Source: an uncultured delta proteobacterium
GTDB lineage: Bacteria; Desulfobacterota; Binatia; UBA9968
Length of the DNA: 64,000 nt
Direction: 5' to 3'
Assembly (NCBI GenBank): GCA_963745835.1
Contig: CAVUZH010000003.1
Coordinates: 1,385,185-1,449,184 of the forward strand
The notes beneath the pieces are model-generated. The model was not told the DNA's origin. It ran no database searches and saw only the letters and a program-made list of their open reading frames with translations. Below are positions 62,128 to 64,000 of this stretch, piece by piece (within the stretch, counting starts at the first letter, position 1; every line of letters begins with the position of its first letter). Made by a program: the position numbers and the translations under genes.

Positions 62128-63243
62128 TTAAATTGCGTAGAATTTCGCGGCGTTGTCGCCGAGGAGCCGCCTCTTGACAGCGTCGCTAAGGTCGCTCCGC
62201 TCCCGGATCTCTTGGACGGAACCCTCGCGTGCCTCCCCGTGAGGCATGTCGGCCGAGATCATGATCCGGTCCTCTCCGACAAAATCGATGACCTGGGGCA
62301 CGAGCTTTTCCTCTGCCTCACAAGTGAAGTAAATCTCGCATTGGCGCACGTACTCGCTCGCTCGCTGCTTGGGCACCGGCCGGCGGTTGGCGGTTTCGGA
62401 GTGAAAGTAGTGATCCATTCGTTGGATGAGGTACGGGACCCAATCGACGCCAGCTTCCAAAAAGGCGACTTTGAGCCGCGGAAAACGATCTAGGATCCCA
62501 CCACCCACAAACGCGTAGAAACCCATCATAACGGGTAGCGTAAAACCTAGGACGTGGGCGCCGTAGCTGTCCGTGAAGGGACGCTTGAGGCCCGGATGGC
62601 ACCAGCCCGTGTGCACGCAGACTGGAATCCTTAGCCGCTCGGCCTCAGACCAGACCGGGTCGAAATCTTCGTGGCTCAACAGCGTCTCTCCGACGGTTCC
62701 GTAGACCGCTAAACCTACAGCGCCGAGATCCTTCGCGCGGCGCGTCTCCTCGACCGCTTCGGGCACTGAACGCATAGGCAAAACCGCCGCCCACTTGAGC
62801 CGATCCGAATGTTTGCGGCAGGCCGAGGCCATCCAGCTATTGTAGCTCTTCATCAGGGCCGCCTCGAAGCCGGGGTCTTCGGAAAGTGGTTCGAGGAAAA
62901 TCGTAGGAAAGATGACCTGCACGTCGACGCCTCCAGCGTCGAGATCTCTGAGACGCGCCGCCGGTTCAAGCAGCGTCTGGCTATCCAGGGTGAAAGGCTT
63001 GAGCTTCGCGCGCGCCATGGTGACTGGAGTGGCGTAAATCGTTACTCCTTGTCCGGCAACCTTCGGATACACAGATCCATCGATGTACCAGAAAGAGTTC
63101 ATGTTGTGCAGGAACGGGCGATTTTCGCCGGTGATGGGGAACGGTCGGCGCGCCTCATATTTCGGGTCCAGATAGCCCCAGGCCTCGGCGGGCTCCTCGA
63201 CGTGCGAATCAGCGTCAATCACGCGAAATTCGGCCATGGTCAT
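62128..63243 (-). CDS. Amidohydrolase_2 family protein
   Basis: IDADSH, VCVHTG, FLEAG, SADMPH, GDNAAKFY; ATG 63243 after AAGGAGG. Confidence 0.88.
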   Translation of the reverse strand: MTMAEFRVIDADSHVEEPAEAWGYLDPKYEARRPFPITGENRPFLHNMNSFWYIDGSVYPKVAGQGVTIYATPVTMARAKLKPFTLDSQTLLEPAARLRDLDAGGVDVQVIFPTIFLEPLSEDPGFEAALMKSYNSWMASACRKHSDRLKWAAVLPMRSVPEAVEETRRAKDLGAVGLAVYGTVGETLLSHEDFDPVWSEAERLRIPVCVHTGWCHPGLKRPFTDSYGAHVLGFTLPVMMGFYAFVGGGILDRFPRLKVAFLEAGVDWVPYLIQRMDHYFHSETANRRPVPKQRASEYVRQCEIYFTCEAEEKLVPQVIDFVGEDRIMISADMPHGEAREGSVQEIRERSDLSDAVKRRLLGDNAAKFYAI

Positions 63244-63308
63244 CCTCCTTTGGCTCTCCGCTAAAACCTTTGCGGCGAAAGTACCGGATGCCAATCGGCT
63301 GTGTCAAC

Positions 63309-63411
63309 GCCTAACGACCATGCGGGTAAGAGGCGGGAAGCACCGCGCCGGTACTCTGCTGCTACTCGAAAAGATGCCGAGCCCCCGCCCTCTTCACTCG
63401 CCTCGTTAGGC
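63309..63411 (-). other. Integron attC site (103 bp)
   Basis: Perfect GCCTAAC/GTTAGGC ends; GCGAGTGAAGAGGGCGGG pairs with CCCGCCTCTTACCCGC leaving two bulged bases; GrpB TAA stop lies inside R''. Confidence 0.88.
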
Positions 63412-63999
63412 ATCGCGGTCCGAGGAGCCTGACCCACTGCAGTGGCTTTCGGACGACAGCGCTTCACTCGACGCGTACCAGAGTCGCGCCGCCGCCAAAA
63501 GCGATTTCACAAAGGCGTCCTTTCCCAGCATGTAGCCGATGTTATCGTCACTGTGAGCAAGCGCCAACCGCTGCTTGAGCTCGCCATAGGCGGCCGCCTC
63601 AACCGGGTGCACGCGTACGTAGTCGCGGAATGCCAGCTTGTCGGCGATCTCAGGATGTCCGTCCGCACATACATGCACCTGGTGCGTGCGAGTCCCATTG
63701 CGGTCTTTGCTGAAATAGAATCTCCCCGGGGTGCCGGGAACGGTTGCGTCCAAGCACTCGCCACGAGGCCGATATCCAAGCGCCTCCATCGCGGTGTTGA
63801 AGGAGTTGATCGTTCCGGTTTGGTCAAGCACGATGAGGATGTCAATAATAGGTTTCGCGCAGAGCCCGGAAATCGACGTGCTGCCGATGTGATGGATCCG
63901 TAACAGCCGCCGACCGAAGACGCCCGCGAGCGCGACCGCCTCTTGCTCGAAAGCGGCACTCCAGGTGGGATCGTGGTCAACAACGTTGATAACTCGCGG
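63406..63999 (-). CDS. GrpB family protein (5' end beyond window; cassette)
   Basis: HHIGSTS..GL.AKPIIDI, HQVHV, FRDY.R, Y..LK..LA, K..FV. Confidence 0.88.
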   Translation of the reverse strand, partial: PRVINVVDHDPTWSAAFEQEAVALAGVFGRRLLRIHHIGSTSISGLCAKPIIDILIVLDQTGTINSFNTAMEALGYRPRGECLDATVPGTPGRFYFSKDRNGTRTHQVHVCADGHPEIADKLAFRDYVRVHPVEAAAYGELKQRLALAHSDDNIGYMLGKDAFVKSLLAAARLWYASSEALSSESHCSGSGSSDRDA

Positions 64000-64000
64000 C

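Overview
GC-rich bacterial chromosomal window; the expanded Bug/TctC receptors, ABC_sub_bind receptors and amidohydrolase_2 genes resemble Candidatus Binatota/Deltaproteobacteria-like soil genomes (inference). Left to right: (1) 1-6049, six tandem Bug/TctC-type periplasmic receptors; (2) 6.4-20.1 kb, mixed accessory genes (histidine kinase, solute-binding protein plus amidohydrolase, thiolase plus OB-fold pair, SRAP/YedK, three orphan Tad pseudopilins, damaged response regulator); (3) 20338-44025, a ~24-kb minus-strand array of 21 paralogous ABC_sub_bind-type substrate-binding genes (13 intact, 8 frameshifted) with no permease or ATPase. Array junctions carry heptamer repeats and free-standing copies of the conserved gene tail, which also bracket two passengers (hicBA and an S1/P1 nuclease). 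(4) 48.4-51.7 kb, two genes sharing an N-terminal Cys/His/Trp repeat region, one ending in two nucleoside-deoxyribosyltransferase-like domains (candidate new conflict/defence system); (5) a Y1/RAYT transposase inside a 15-bp inverted repeat; (6) ~56-64 kb, minus-strand genes with several attC sites (integron cassette array; no integrase in the window). Many single-base frameshifts could be long-read assembly errors. All family calls come from motif recognition by eye; no database searches were run.
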